Part shown: in pieces, positions 38,701 to 47,041 of the stretch
Layout of the letters: each line of letters opens with the position of its first letter
Numbering within the stretch: the first letter of the stretch is position 1
NCBI GenBank assembly: GCA_008933615.1
Contig: WBUR01000025.1
Location: 8-64,007 of the forward strand
Reading direction: 5' to 3'
Length of the DNA: 64,000 nt
From: a bacterium
Lineage (GTDB): Bacteria; CLD3; SB21
Translations under genes and position numbers: made by a program
The notes under the pieces: model-generated
Database searches by the model: none
Seen by the model: only the letters and a program-made list of their open reading frames with translations
Told to the model about the DNA's origin: nothing

Positions 38701-39846
38701 TGACGTAGCGCCTTTGACTTGCGTCCAGGTCGTGCCGCTGTTGGTCGTCTTATATACGCCATACAAACCGTAATCGTTGGCTATGTTATTGCAATACAAA
38801 GCATACAATGTTGACGGAGAGGATGGAGCCACTGCGATAGCAACACGGTACACACCGCTGGCCGGAAGACCGGAGGTCAATTGCACCCACGTACCGCCCG
38901 TGTCCGTCGATTTGAAAATAGCCGCAGTTCCATTACCGTAACGGCCTGCGTACCACACGGCCGCATTCGAAGGATCTATTTCGAGGTCTTTGAAATTTCC
39001 TGTCAGAACTTGCGTCCAGGTAGTTCCTGCGTTCGTCGTTTTATAAATACCGTTGCTGGTAGCCGCAACTAATATGCCCGTGTTCGTCGGGTGTATTATA
39101 AGTTTGCTGATCCGGAAGGTCTGGCTTGCCGTCCAGCTCAATCCCGTTGTATTCCACGTAGCACCGCCGTCGATTGATTTTAATACGCCGAGCGAATACG
39201 TGTCGCCGGCATCGCCATCGCCTGTGCCGAGATACATAATGCTTGTATTTGTCGGATCGATAGCAAGCGAGGATACGCCGAGAGTTCCCAGCTCGTCAGT
39301 ATTAGTTGTCCAGGTAGTTCCGCCATTCGTGGTTTTCCATAGGCCGCCACCGGGTGAACCTACATAAATGGTATTAGAATTGGTCGGATCAAAAACGATA
39401 CAGTTGACCCGTCCGGCTCCGCCACCGGAAGGAATCGATGTTTGTGGTCCCAGATTTGTCCAGTTTGAACTATTCACCATGATCGCGCTGGATTTTCCGA
39501 GTCCTTTGCCTTTCGCAAACCAGGAGTTTGGAAAATTCCGCATTTTCTCCTGACGCGCCAGCCAAATCAGTTCAGGATTAAATTTTCCCGAAGCATCCAC
39601 ACGGCTCTGCCAAAACCATTCGTATCGCTTGAATTGTTTGAATCCGGTGCCTTTGACGACGTCCCGGTTCGATACGTCCTTTCCCGTCCAAAATTGATCA
39701 AATTCTTTCTGCACGTCCCTAAAGTTTTTGTCGGGATCAATCCAGCCGGGCGCGTTGCCCGCCTTCTGTTCCTGGGCTTGGTTGCCCGATGTGATTGCGG
39801 CCAAAAAGAAAAGAGCCGCTGCCAACAGGTGAGTAACTTTTCTCAT
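35710..39846 (-). CDS. Very large T9SS-secreted BNR/Asp-box (sortilin/GH74-like) propeller protein with tandem Ig-like domains, a PPC domain and a Por sorting domain
   Basis: Signal peptide. Many S/T-x-(D/N)-G-G-x-T-W Asp-box motifs. Two 97-aa repeats. A bacterial pre-peptidase C-terminal-like domain (DNDWYYFDV...YYVKVNGYSG). C-terminus LDQNYPNPFNPTTSIRFGIP...SGIYIYRLQAG...KMNFLK. Confidence 0.9.
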   Translation of the reverse strand: MRKVTHLLAAALFFLAAITSGNQAQEQKAGNAPGWIDPDKNFRDVQKEFDQFWTGKDVSNRDVVKGTGFKQFKRYEWFWQSRVDASGKFNPELIWLARQEKMRNFPNSWFAKGKGLGKSSAIMVNSSNWTNLGPQTSIPSGGGAGRVNCIVFDPTNSNTIYVGSPGGGLWKTTNGGTTWTTNTDELGTLGVSSLAIDPTNTSIMYLGTGDGDAGDTYSLGVLKSIDGGATWNTTGLSWTASQTFRISKLIIHPTNTGILVAATSNGIYKTTNAGTTWTQVLTGNFKDLEIDPSNAAVWYAGRYGNGTAAIFKSTDTGGTWVQLTSGLPASGVYRVAIAVAPSSPSTLYALYCNNIANDYGLYGVYKTTNSGTTWTQVKGATSPNLLGWNSNGGDAGGQGWYDLCITVSPTDANNVYTGGVNIWRSTNGGTTWTINAHWTGSGASYAHADHHAVEFLPGSGTTLFSGNDGGFFKTTNNGTTWTDFSNGLGIHQYYRIGASKTNASIVLGGAQDNGTDRYNAGSWTRIIGGDGMECAVDFTNANIQYGALYYGDIYRTTSGGTPTNMADPSEDGAWVTPYVLNPLVNTTMYYATMTKVYRSTNVTNTTPTWSSISASALGTTSDPLTVLAVAPSNGTTMITANAANAWKGVFGGSTWTWTSLSGSGLPAGVTYVAFHPTDPNTIWATIGGFTAGSKVFKTVNGGTSWTNISTSLPNVPANCVAVHPTTPNDVYIGMDLGAFYSADGGTTWEAYDTGLPNVIVNELEIHVSAGKIRAATYGRGLWESPLQTTTPTNSVTVTAPNGGENLTAGTSTNITWTSTGTIANVKLEYSTDGGTNYTVIAASTANDGSQAWTVPSTATTQGRVRVSDVLNAATNDVSNANFTITVAPTNSVTVTAPNGGENLTGGNSTTITWTSTGTIANVKLEYSLDGGTNYTVISTSTANDGTEAWTVPSSATTQGRVRVSDALNAATNDVSNANFTITVPSGGYATLPYSFGFETALDAYWATSSSNSFGRILRTTANAPHSGSYHLTMDVTTNNNYSENHADLKVNLSGYTNATLSFWWKDFGDENHTNDGVYFSSNGGSTFTKVYTFLPASYSTVYTQFTLDIDALCASNGLTMTSTFVIRFQQYDNYVIATDGMSFDDISVTGTTGGPTPPITAESEDNGASTSADGPVGTGVAVSGSVSSTTDNDWYYFDVSTAGNVGVTLAITGSADLDWYMYNSALTEVARGYTVNNPETGNYTAGVGRYYVKVNGYSGATAAYTLTLSGGLAQVARGGQKGQVVPAKLTLDQNYPNPFNPTTSIRFGIPKESHVSLKIYNILGQEIRSLINENRKAGNYDQLWDGRNQFGAAVSSGIYIYRLQAGNEIITRKMNFLK
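36899..37480 (-). repeat. Two tandem 291-bp (97-aa) coding repeats
   Basis: Period of 291 nt measured from matching AAGTTCGC landmarks (36911 versus 37202). The protein units NSVTVTAPNGGENLT...NANFTITV are near-identical. Confidence 0.85.
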
Positions 39847-40289
39847 GAGATCCTTCTCCTCCTCATTAGATAGTCATTAGGTAAGTTATTTAATAGTAAG
39901 AAACAAAAAATAGAGATATCAAACTTTAATTCGCGCACATCTCGGGTACATACCGCTATTAAGCGCCAAATTCTAAAAAATGTTTTGTCTTAATCTGAAT
40001 TTCTTTCGCTGCAACGCGAGGGTTTCAACAAAAGTGAGGAGTTAGTCCGGCAAAAAAAAAGAGCCAACCAACCCGGAAGGTATTAAAATCTGACAAGACG
40101 CAACAACCGCGGGGGCCATTACGCAGAAAACATAGAAATGTCAACTAACGGAAAGGTCTAAAGCCGGACAATTATACAATGGAATTGTTTCGGAGTCAAG
40201 ATTTTTTTTAAACAATTAATTGTCACCCGCAGTTAAAAATTAGTATGGAATCATCAAAATGAAATTGTACATTATAATAAAAATAATTT

Positions 40290-40955
40290 ATGGACCGCTC
40301 GATTAAAATAAGAGTTAAAATCTGCTGCATCCAGTCCGTAAACGAGGCTCAAATGGCTATCGACGCCGGCGCATCGGCTTTGGGATTAGTTTCCGCCATG
40401 CCCAGCGGACCGGGTGTTATCAGCGAAACGATGATTGCTGATATTGCTGATTTCGTACCGCCTTCTATCGCAACATTTCTTTTAACCAGTTTACAGGATG
40501 CAGAGGAGATCATTGCACAACATAGCCGGTGCGGGACCAATACGATTCAGATATGCGATAGACTGTTAGCAGGATCGTATGATGATCTGCGGAAAGCTAT
40601 GCCCGGCATAAAGATCGTTCAGGTGGTTCATGTAACCGGAGAAGAATCGATTGCGGAAGCGGCAGACGCAGCGGCAGGAGTCCATGCATTGTTGTTAGAT
40701 TCAGGGAATCAAAAACTGAAAGTGAAAGAACTTGGAGGAACGGGAAGGACGCATAATTGGGACATCAGCCGGAAGATTCGAGAAGCTGTAGATATTCCGG
40801 TGTTTCTCGCCGGCGGTTTAAATCCTCTAAATGCTGCGGAGGCGGTTTTGCAGGTGGGCCCTTTTGCATTAGATGTTTGCAGCGGCGTTCGAAGTGACGG
40901 AAAATTGGATAAAAAAAAACTGCATGATTTTTTTGAATGCCTTAGGTACAGCTAA
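40290..40955 (+). CDS. trpF: Phosphoribosylanthranilate isomerase (stand-alone)
   Basis: PRAI-like TIM-barrel pattern (VKICCIQSVNEAQMAIDAGASALGLV, LLLDSG...LGGTGRTHNW, VFLAGGLNPLNAAEAV, DVCSGVRSDGKLD). Confidence 0.75.
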   Translation: MDRSIKIRVKICCIQSVNEAQMAIDAGASALGLVSAMPSGPGVISETMIADIADFVPPSIATFLLTSLQDAEEIIAQHSRCGTNTIQICDRLLAGSYDDLRKAMPGIKIVQVVHVTGEESIAEAADAAAGVHALLLDSGNQKLKVKELGGTGRTHNWDISRKIREAVDIPVFLAGGLNPLNAAEAVLQVGPFALDVCSGVRSDGKLDKKKLHDFFECLRYS

Positions 40956-41040
40956 CATTCAATTTTTTTCGACGGTCTTTTAGGTTTAACTGCCTCTCGG
41001 CCTATTTTCTAAATCTGATTATCGCAGGAGTATCACGGCT

Positions 41041-42195
41041 GTGGAACAAAATGAAAAACCCATCATAGGGCTCGTCATGGCGGGCGGCGGCGCTCGCGGC
41101 GCGTACCAGGTTGGCGTGTTAAAGGGGATTTCCTCTATGCTTCCTCCGGGCACATCGAGCCCCTTTAAAATCATTTGCGGAACGTCAGCCGGCGCCATCA
41201 ACGCCACTGCATTAGCCGTTCGGGCAGGGGATTTTCACGATGCGGTGAAACAACTGAATTTCGTATGGAAGAATTTTCATGTTAACCATGTGTTTCGAGC
41301 CGATGCATGGGGTTTGCTTGTTACCGGGGCACATTGGTTCGCGGCTCTTGCATTAGCGGGCCTTGGGAGGCGTTATCCCCAGGAACTATTCAACCGCGCG
41401 CCGCTGCGGAAATTACTGGAGACCAAAATGCCCTGCGATCTGATACAACCCTCAATTGACTCCGGGGCGTTACGCGCGCTTGCCGTCACGGCGTTTGGCT
41501 ACGGCACCGGAGAGTCAGTTACATTCTATCAGGGAATTGAGTCACTCACGCCCTGGAAACGCGCACGTCGTTTTGGAAGCGCCTGCAAAATCACAACGGA
41601 TCATCTGATGGCATCATCGGCCATTCCGCTGTTTTTTTCTGCAGTAAAACTGAATCGTGAATATTTTGGCGACGGCTCCGTGCGGCAATCGGCGCCGATC
41701 AGCCCGGCATTGCACCTTGGCGCAGAGCGTATATTTGTTATCGGCGTACGTTATAAAGTGAAAGAACAGGTTGAGCGTTTAAAACCACAGGAATATCCCA
41801 CGCTGGCCGGCATTGCCGGCCATATGTTGAACTCTATTTTTCTTGATGCCATAGAGACTGATCTTGAGCTTTTGCACCGGATTAACCACACCGTCAGCCA
41901 TATTCCGAAAGAATATTTAAGAGACGGAGCAAACACGCTGCGTAAAGTCGACACGTTTTGGATTAGCCCCAGCCGAGATATCGAGCCGATAGCAACAAAA
42001 CATGCTCATCAATTGCCTCTGTCTCTGCGCATACTGCTCCGTGGAATGGGGGCCGCCGGCCGCAACGGAGCAAATTTATCAAGTTATCTTCTTTTTGAGC
42101 AGGCGTATTGCCGTGAACTCATCGCGCTCGGATACGCCGACGCAAGGGCGCGTAAGGAAGAAATTCTAGATTTTCTCGGAGTAACAACAAAGTGA
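41041..42195 (+). CDS. Patatin-like phospholipase
   Basis: Oxyanion GGGARG, nucleophile elbow GTSAG and catalytic Asp in FGDGSV. GTG start in the ORF track. Confidence 0.9.
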   Translation: MEQNEKPIIGLVMAGGGARGAYQVGVLKGISSMLPPGTSSPFKIICGTSAGAINATALAVRAGDFHDAVKQLNFVWKNFHVNHVFRADAWGLLVTGAHWFAALALAGLGRRYPQELFNRAPLRKLLETKMPCDLIQPSIDSGALRALAVTAFGYGTGESVTFYQGIESLTPWKRARRFGSACKITTDHLMASSAIPLFFSAVKLNREYFGDGSVRQSAPISPALHLGAERIFVIGVRYKVKEQVERLKPQEYPTLAGIAGHMLNSIFLDAIETDLELLHRINHTVSHIPKEYLRDGANTLRKVDTFWISPSRDIEPIATKHAHQLPLSLRILLRGMGAAGRNGANLSSYLLFEQAYCRELIALGYADARARKEEILDFLGVTTK

Positions 42196-42221
42196 TGATG
42201 CGCTGAGGGACTGCGTTGTTA

Positions 42222-42258
42222 GAAAAAGGGAAATGCGAAAACATTTCCCTATTATTAT
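42222..42258. terminator. Bidirectional terminator between the patatin and DUF2892 genes
   Basis: 9-bp stem AGGGAAATG/CATTTCCCT with loop CGAAAA. A-run before and T-rich after. Confidence 0.65.
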
Positions 42259-42450
42259 TTAAGCCTGATGCGTCTTGTCTGTACTGATCTTAAAAGGTAA
42301 GTACAATGGACACCAACGAAGAGTTCCTGTCAGAATCGGCAACACACCAATAACTCCCCACCATGACTGATAAATGAAACCTAAAGCGATTATAACCAAA
42401 CCGCCAATGATGCGAAACATACGATCGGCATTACCTACATTGCATTTCAT
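42259..42450 (-). CDS. DUF2892 (YgaP C-terminal-like) small membrane protein
   Basis: MKCNVGNADRMFRIIGGLVIIALGF...GVIGVLPILTGTLRWCPLY is the typical DUF2892 pattern. Confidence 0.8.
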   Translation of the reverse strand: MKCNVGNADRMFRIIGGLVIIALGFIYQSWWGVIGVLPILTGTLRWCPLYLPFKISTDKTHQA

Positions 42451-42492
42451 AAGCCAGCCTCCTTTTTAGAAAGTAACGTGTATTATTAATTA

Positions 42493-42696
42493 TCAGATTG
42501 AAGAATCTGTATCTTTTTTGTTTTTCTTAAGCGGGAGCGTTACGGTAGAAACAGCCCATCCCACGGCGGCGCCATACGTGCTGCTGATGTACGGGTTGCT
42601 TTGAATAAGGCAACTTCCGTTATTGCATCCGATAAAATAATAGTACGCAAATCCGGCTCCGGCGCCTAACGCAATAAATAATATTTTCTTTTTCAT
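42493..42696 (-). CDS. Small membrane protein with a C-x4-C motif (DUF6132-like)
   Basis: TM helix, then FIGCNNGSCLIQSNP, then a second hydrophobic segment. Assigned by recollection of the family pattern. Confidence 0.6.
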   Translation of the reverse strand: MKKKILFIALGAGAGFAYYYFIGCNNGSCLIQSNPYISSTYGAAVGWAVSTVTLPLKKNKKDTDSSI

Positions 42697-42914
42697 TTTA
42701 ATTCCTCAGAAGGCTCGTCGTCTTCAATGTTTTTCTTTTCTTTCGGCTTGTTCGGCACGGAACAAGAGCTGTTCATTCAAGTAGGCACTCCCAATTTAGG
42801 TAAAATGTAATACATCAATAAAAAATAAACTGCGAGAAATAATAACAATTTCCATTCACCCATGATCTAACTCCTTCGTGAACATTTCAGTTTTTTTCAT
42901 AAATACCACGCGGA

Positions 42915-43142
42915 TCACGCCTTATCTGAATTCTTGTTTTTTAACATAGTCATCAATACCGCCAACAGCCAGATCCAGGGAAATCCGTGCAGAACGAGAT
43001 CGAACCAGTCGATCCATTCATGGAGAGTGCCGTGCCATATGGCCGCCATTTGCTTCCATATATGAGGTTCAGGCGTGAATGGGGCGAGCCCCAGTGTCAG
43101 GGATGCCAGCAGGGGATATACCCAGGGTTTTTTAAAGTTCAT
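42915..43142 (-). CDS. Small two-TM membrane protein, function unknown
   Basis: 75-aa hydrophobic ORF (LLASLTLGLAPFTPEPH..., WFDLVLHGFPWIWLLAVL). Starts 4 nt after the DUF302 stop. Confidence 0.6.
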   Translation of the reverse strand: MNFKKPWVYPLLASLTLGLAPFTPEPHIWKQMAAIWHGTLHEWIDWFDLVLHGFPWIWLLAVLMTMLKNKNSDKA

Positions 43143-43146
43143 TTAA

Positions 43147-43533
43147 CTATAATTCAGCGTAGACCCGTTGGAGTTTCTTGTAGACTTCGTCTGCAATGTT
43201 ATTTAATTCCTGATTATCAACCAACTTTGCCATCAACTTAGGGTCAAAAAAACCGATCACCGTTTTATTTTGGTCGTTTTCATAGACGATCACGTTACAA
43301 GGAAGAAGCAGGCCCAGATCAATTTCAGCGGTCAGCGCTTTATGAGCCAGCGGCGGGTTACACGCGCCAAGAATGACGTACTTATTGAAATCAACATCGA
43401 GTTTCTTTTTCATTGTATCTTTGACGTCGATGGAAGTAAGTACGCCGAAGCCTTCTTTTTTTAATTCTTCCGTGACTTTTTCAACGGCTTCGTCATAGGA
43501 GTAGCCGACGGTTTTTGAAAATCCATATTCCAT
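43147..43533 (-). CDS. DUF302 domain protein
   Basis: The 128-aa sequence matches the DUF302 pattern (VEKVTEELKKEGFGVLTSIDV..., YVILGACNPPLAHKAL). Confidence 0.8.
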   Translation of the reverse strand: MEYGFSKTVGYSYDEAVEKVTEELKKEGFGVLTSIDVKDTMKKKLDVDFNKYVILGACNPPLAHKALTAEIDLGLLLPCNVIVYENDQNKTVIGFFDPKLMAKLVDNQELNNIADEVYKKLQRVYAEL

Positions 43534-43542
43534 ATTTAATCC

Positions 43543-43947
43543 TTATGCTTCGCTTATTTTATAAGAATAGGTTATATCTGCCGCGGGCTTGAGCATGGCG
43601 GCAATGGAGCAATACGTTTCATGACTTAGTTTAATTGCTTTTTCGACGGATTTCGGGTCGAGCTTTTTGCCGGTAAAATGATAGCTGAGATGGATCTTCT
43701 GAAATACTTTGGGGTGGTCATTTGCTCGTTCAGCCTTAATCGTTGTTTCAAAAGCCACAAGTTCCTGCCTCATTTTCTTTAGCATGGGAACAATGTCTAT
43801 ACCGCCGCAGCCGGCGAGGCTCATCAGTAGAATTTCCATCGGCGTCGGCGCACCTTTTTGTACGTCATCCATGTCGATCACGGTCTTATTATCAGCCAAA
43901 CCTTGGAAATGTTTATCCGAGATCCATTTGACTTTTGTTTGCATCAT
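43543..43947 (-). CDS. OsmC/Ohr-family peroxiredoxin-like protein
   Basis: Internal ATG-ATG at 43947/43944, just after the trx stop. Both OsmC cysteines are present (LAGCGGIDIV, ETYCSIAAML). The upstream ORF extension overlaps trx and is spurious. Confidence 0.8.
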   Translation of the reverse strand: MMQTKVKWISDKHFQGLADNKTVIDMDDVQKGAPTPMEILLMSLAGCGGIDIVPMLKKMRQELVAFETTIKAERANDHPKVFQKIHLSYHFTGKKLDPKSVEKAIKLSHETYCSIAAMLKPAADITYSYKISEA

Positions 43948-43952
43948 GTCCC

Positions 43953-44294
43953 CTAAGCGGTTGCTGTTTCGTGCAACGTGGATAAACTTTTTTCCACTTC
44001 CTGTTTCAACATCGGATACGGCATCGCACCAGAAAAACGGGTGACGGTTTTTCCTTTGTAGAATATCATAAAGGTCGGAATACTCTGAATGCCATACTGA
44101 GAGGCAATAGCAGGCTTTTCGTCCACATTGATTTTTATTACCGCCAGACGGCCTGCAAGTTCTTCGGCCAGTTGTTTTACTGATGGCGCCACCATGCGGC
44201 ATGGCCCGCACCATTCTGCCCAGAAATCAACAAAAACAGGCACTTCGCTGGTTTGAATTAATTCATCAAATGATTTAGGTGTTTTTTCTGTCAT
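43953..44294 (-). CDS. trxA: Thioredoxin
   Basis: WCGPC active site (FWAEWCGPCRMVAP) and typical length of 113 aa. Confidence 0.95.
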   Translation of the reverse strand: MTEKTPKSFDELIQTSEVPVFVDFWAEWCGPCRMVAPSVKQLAEELAGRLAVIKINVDEKPAIASQYGIQSIPTFMIFYKGKTVTRFSGAMPYPMLKQEVEKSLSTLHETATA

Positions 44295-44432
44295 AATTTT
44301 TATATAAGTTTATAGTTATAAAGTTAAGTAGTGGTATAACAAATTGCAGGTTAAAATATTCCCGCTTATTTTGATAAGGAACCAGATGAATATACATGCA
44401 TATCCGGTTGACTCACAAATGGAAAAGAGAGG

Positions 44433-44524
44433 TTCAGCCTGAGCGCAGCCGAAGGCTGATTTTACTATTCTTTGTCATGGTTCGACAAGCTTGTCCTGAG
44501 CCCCGCCGAAGGGCTCACCATGAC
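44433..44524. repeat. Pair of REP-like hairpins in a 550-bp intergenic region
   Basis: TCAGCC-N14-GGCTGA (44433-44458). GTCATGGT...ACCATGAC (44474-44524) encloses GAGCCC-CGCCGAA-GGGCTC. Confidence 0.6.
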
Positions 44525-44844
44525 GAAGGTGAGTAAAGCGGATAAGCACATAAATATATGTACCCTACGCGTAGTAATAAAGCATAATCATGTGGCCATT
44601 ACCTGAAGAATTATTTTTGGGTCATCCTGGGATTGGGAAATGATCTATACGATACGCAAATTAGCATATCAATCGAAGCGGAAAAGAATTTGCGCTATCA
44701 GTAATTTCTTAATATAATATCCAAGGCGTCGAAATTTGGGAAGTATCAGAATGGACGCTGTTATAATTCCTGCAACAAATAACGTCTGGATTCGTTAGTT
44801 TTATTTGGAATCCTACAGTACGTTTCACATAATACAAATAAGAT

Positions 44845-45837
44845 ATGAAAATGAGATTGAGCCTGAGCCTGGGTGTTTTTATAGTTATTGTTTGTTTAAG
44901 CTGGATATTTTATCCGAATATGTTCGAGCAGGCAGCGCAACCCGTTACGCCTAATATTAAGCGCTGGGTTGATTCGGTATCAATTCCGAACTTCAGCCGA
45001 AAACGGTTATCCGGAACGGATCTTAAACTCGGAAAAGTATTGGATGACCACGCATTTTATACGCGTTATTACATTACGTATCGGAGCGGCGATTTGAAAA
45101 TTTCCGGCATCATGAACGTTCCAAAGGGCCGCGGGCCTTTTCCTGTTTTGATCCTCAATCACGGCTACATTGACCCGGGCGTATATACCAACGGGCGTGG
45201 GTTAAAAAGAGAACAGGATTATCTTGCAAAAAAAGGGTACGTCGTAATTCATCCGGATTACCGTAACCATGCGCAGTCCGATAAGGACTCATTAAACAAT
45301 CCGCGTTTTCGTTTAGGCTATGTCGAGGATGTGATCAACGCCGTTTATGCGGTGAAAAAAGCCGGCTTTACCTTTGTTGATACCGCAAACGTCGGTATGT
45401 TAGGCCACTCCATGGGCGGCGGCATTTGCCTGAATATTATGGTCTCGCAACCTGAACTGGTACAAGCATTCGTGCTTTTCGGCACCGTAAGCGCAGATAT
45501 CCGTGACAATTTTTATCGTTGGGATTCAAGACGCCCGGGACTGTCAAAGAAAATATTTGAACTTTATGGAAGCCCCCAGGAGAATCCGGCTTTTTGGGAT
45601 AACATGTCGCCGATGTTTTTCCTGGATCAAATAAAATCGCCGATCCTTATTCATCACGGCACGACCGACGAATCCTGTCCGGTGGAATGGGCGCGTAAAC
45701 TGAACGACTCTTTGAAAACACACCGCAAAAACGTTACATTTTATGAGTATCCTGATGAGTTGCACGAGTTCATCAATGCCTGGCCTTTGGTAATGGAACG
45801 CACCGCATCATTTTTTGACGACCATTTAAAAAAATAA
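44845..45837 (+). CDS. Alpha/beta hydrolase (S9 prolyl-oligopeptidase / dienelactone-hydrolase-like)
   Basis: N-terminal anchor or signal, nucleophile elbow GHSMGGG, and C-terminal HHGTTDESCP / ...HEF catalytic-triad context. Confidence 0.8.
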   Translation: MKMRLSLSLGVFIVIVCLSWIFYPNMFEQAAQPVTPNIKRWVDSVSIPNFSRKRLSGTDLKLGKVLDDHAFYTRYYITYRSGDLKISGIMNVPKGRGPFPVLILNHGYIDPGVYTNGRGLKREQDYLAKKGYVVIHPDYRNHAQSDKDSLNNPRFRLGYVEDVINAVYAVKKAGFTFVDTANVGMLGHSMGGGICLNIMVSQPELVQAFVLFGTVSADIRDNFYRWDSRRPGLSKKIFELYGSPQENPAFWDNMSPMFFLDQIKSPILIHHGTTDESCPVEWARKLNDSLKTHRKNVTFYEYPDELHEFINAWPLVMERTASFFDDHLKK

Positions 45838-45852
45838 ATTTTCAAAAAAAAA

Positions 45853-45881
45853 TTGTTACGATTCAAAAAAAATAGTATATT
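45853..45881 (+). promoter_or_regulatory. Candidate sigma70 promoter of rho
   Basis: TTGTTA (45853-45858), 17-nt spacer, TATATT (45876-45881), about 40 nt upstream of the rho ATG. Confidence 0.5.
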
Positions 45882-45921
45882 ATAACCATAATTCACATCT
45901 CTCATTAACCCCTCTTTATTA

Positions 45922-47022
45922 ATGTCTCATCCTATCAGCGGGATGCTCGAAATTGATCCGAAAGGATTCGGATTCATTCGTGACGTCTCAATTACAATAA
46001 AAAACAGTACATCGGACGTCTATGTTGCACCGGCCATGATTCAGAAACACCGGCTGCGGGCAGGCGTTTTCATCAAAGGGACATCCAAACCGAGCGATAA
46101 AGGCAACGTGCAGCTTTCGGCCATCGAATCGGTGAACGATATTACACCGGAGGAATGGGCGAAGATTCCTGATTTTTCTTCATTTCAACCCATTCAACCC
46201 GATGAATGGATCCGGCTTGAAGGAAAAGACAGTTCGCGTTCCATGCGGGTTGTCGATCTCTTTTGTCCGATCGGCAAAGGACAGCGTGCCCTGATCGTTG
46301 CGCCGCCAAAAGCCGGAAAAACGCGCCTGATGCAGGATATGGCCCACGCCATCAGCGTCAATCATCCCGAAATCGATCTGATGGTATTGCTCATCGACGA
46401 ACGTCCGGAAGAAGTTACCGACATGCAACGTTCCGTGAAAGGGGAAGTATTTGCGAGTTCCAGCGACAGCCAGGGCGGGCAGCACATGCGGTTAGCCCAG
46501 CTCGTTTTAGAATATGCCAAACGAAAGGTCGAAGCCGGTAAGGATGTCGCGTTACTGCTCGATTCGCTGACGCGGCTCGGACGCGTTTTCAACGTGCATC
46601 AAAAAGGCAGCGGGCGAACCATGTCCGGCGGCGTGGATATCCGCGCTTTGGAAATTCCAAAACGCCTTTTCGGCGCAGCACGCAATATAGAACACGGCGG
46701 ATCGCTCACGATCATTGCCACGGCGCTGATTGAGACGAACTCACGTATGGACGAACTGATCTTTCAGGAATTCAAAGGTACGGGAAATATGGAATTGGTA
46801 TTGAACCGCGAACTGGCCGACTTGCGCGTTTTTCCCGCCATTGATCTCAATGCATCCGGTACGCGGAACGAAGAATTACTGTTTGGGCCCGCCACCGATA
46901 AACATTATGCTTTACGCCGGTCGTTGGCGAGGATGATGCCTAAAGACGCTATGAGCAGCGCGCTGGATCTGATCCGGCAGTACCCGACGAACGATCTGCT
47001 CTTAAGCAGATTTAAGTCCTAA
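45922..47022 (+). CDS. rho: Transcription termination factor Rho (short form lacking the N-terminal Rho_N helical domain)
   Basis: Aligns by eye with E. coli Rho from the CSD-like domain onward ([73 protein letters not shown]). 366 aa versus 419 aa for E. coli. Confidence 0.95.
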   Translation: MSHPISGMLEIDPKGFGFIRDVSITIKNSTSDVYVAPAMIQKHRLRAGVFIKGTSKPSDKGNVQLSAIESVNDITPEEWAKIPDFSSFQPIQPDEWIRLEGKDSSRSMRVVDLFCPIGKGQRALIVAPPKAGKTRLMQDMAHAISVNHPEIDLMVLLIDERPEEVTDMQRSVKGEVFASSSDSQGGQHMRLAQLVLEYAKRKVEAGKDVALLLDSLTRLGRVFNVHQKGSGRTMSGGVDIRALEIPKRLFGAARNIEHGGSLTIIATALIETNSRMDELIFQEFKGTGNMELVLNRELADLRVFPAIDLNASGTRNEELLFGPATDKHYALRRSLARMMPKDAMSSALDLIRQYPTNDLLLSRFKS

Positions 47023-47041
47023 GCGAACGTCCAATCTGCGG

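Noticed and set aside
39847-40289. 443-bp divergent intergenic region upstream of trpF, inspected for a T-box, Trp leader or attenuator, or a small RNA gene
   Set aside because: No Trp-codon-rich leader peptide, specifier/T-box motif or terminator/antiterminator pair is evident. The region is most simply two divergent promoter regions.
42777-42862. Mini-ORF with a good SD (AAGGAG) reading MGEWKLLYFSQFIFY-TGA-CITFYLNWECLLE, considered as a possible selenocysteine (U-C) membrane peptide in the redox operon. The following 27-aa ORF (42776-42693) overlaps the next gene by ATGA.
   Set aside because: The only convincing hairpin (CTTGTTC-CGTGCC-GAACAAG) starts ~48 nt after the TGA, too far for a bacterial SECIS. 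No selA/selB/selD context is present in the window. The peptides are very short and could be chance ORFs in AT-rich spacer. This is worth only a tblastn conservation check.
43948-44214. N-terminal extension of ORF 43543-44214 (223 aa) overlapping the thioredoxin gene
   Set aside because: The extension is Arg/Cys-rich nonsense read out of frame across trxA. OsmC homology starts at the ATG at 43947, directly after the trx stop.
44474-44490. GGTTCGA T-loop-like string suggesting a tRNA
   Set aside because: It lies inside the REP-like hairpin. No acceptor stem, anticodon arm or D-arm can be drawn around it.
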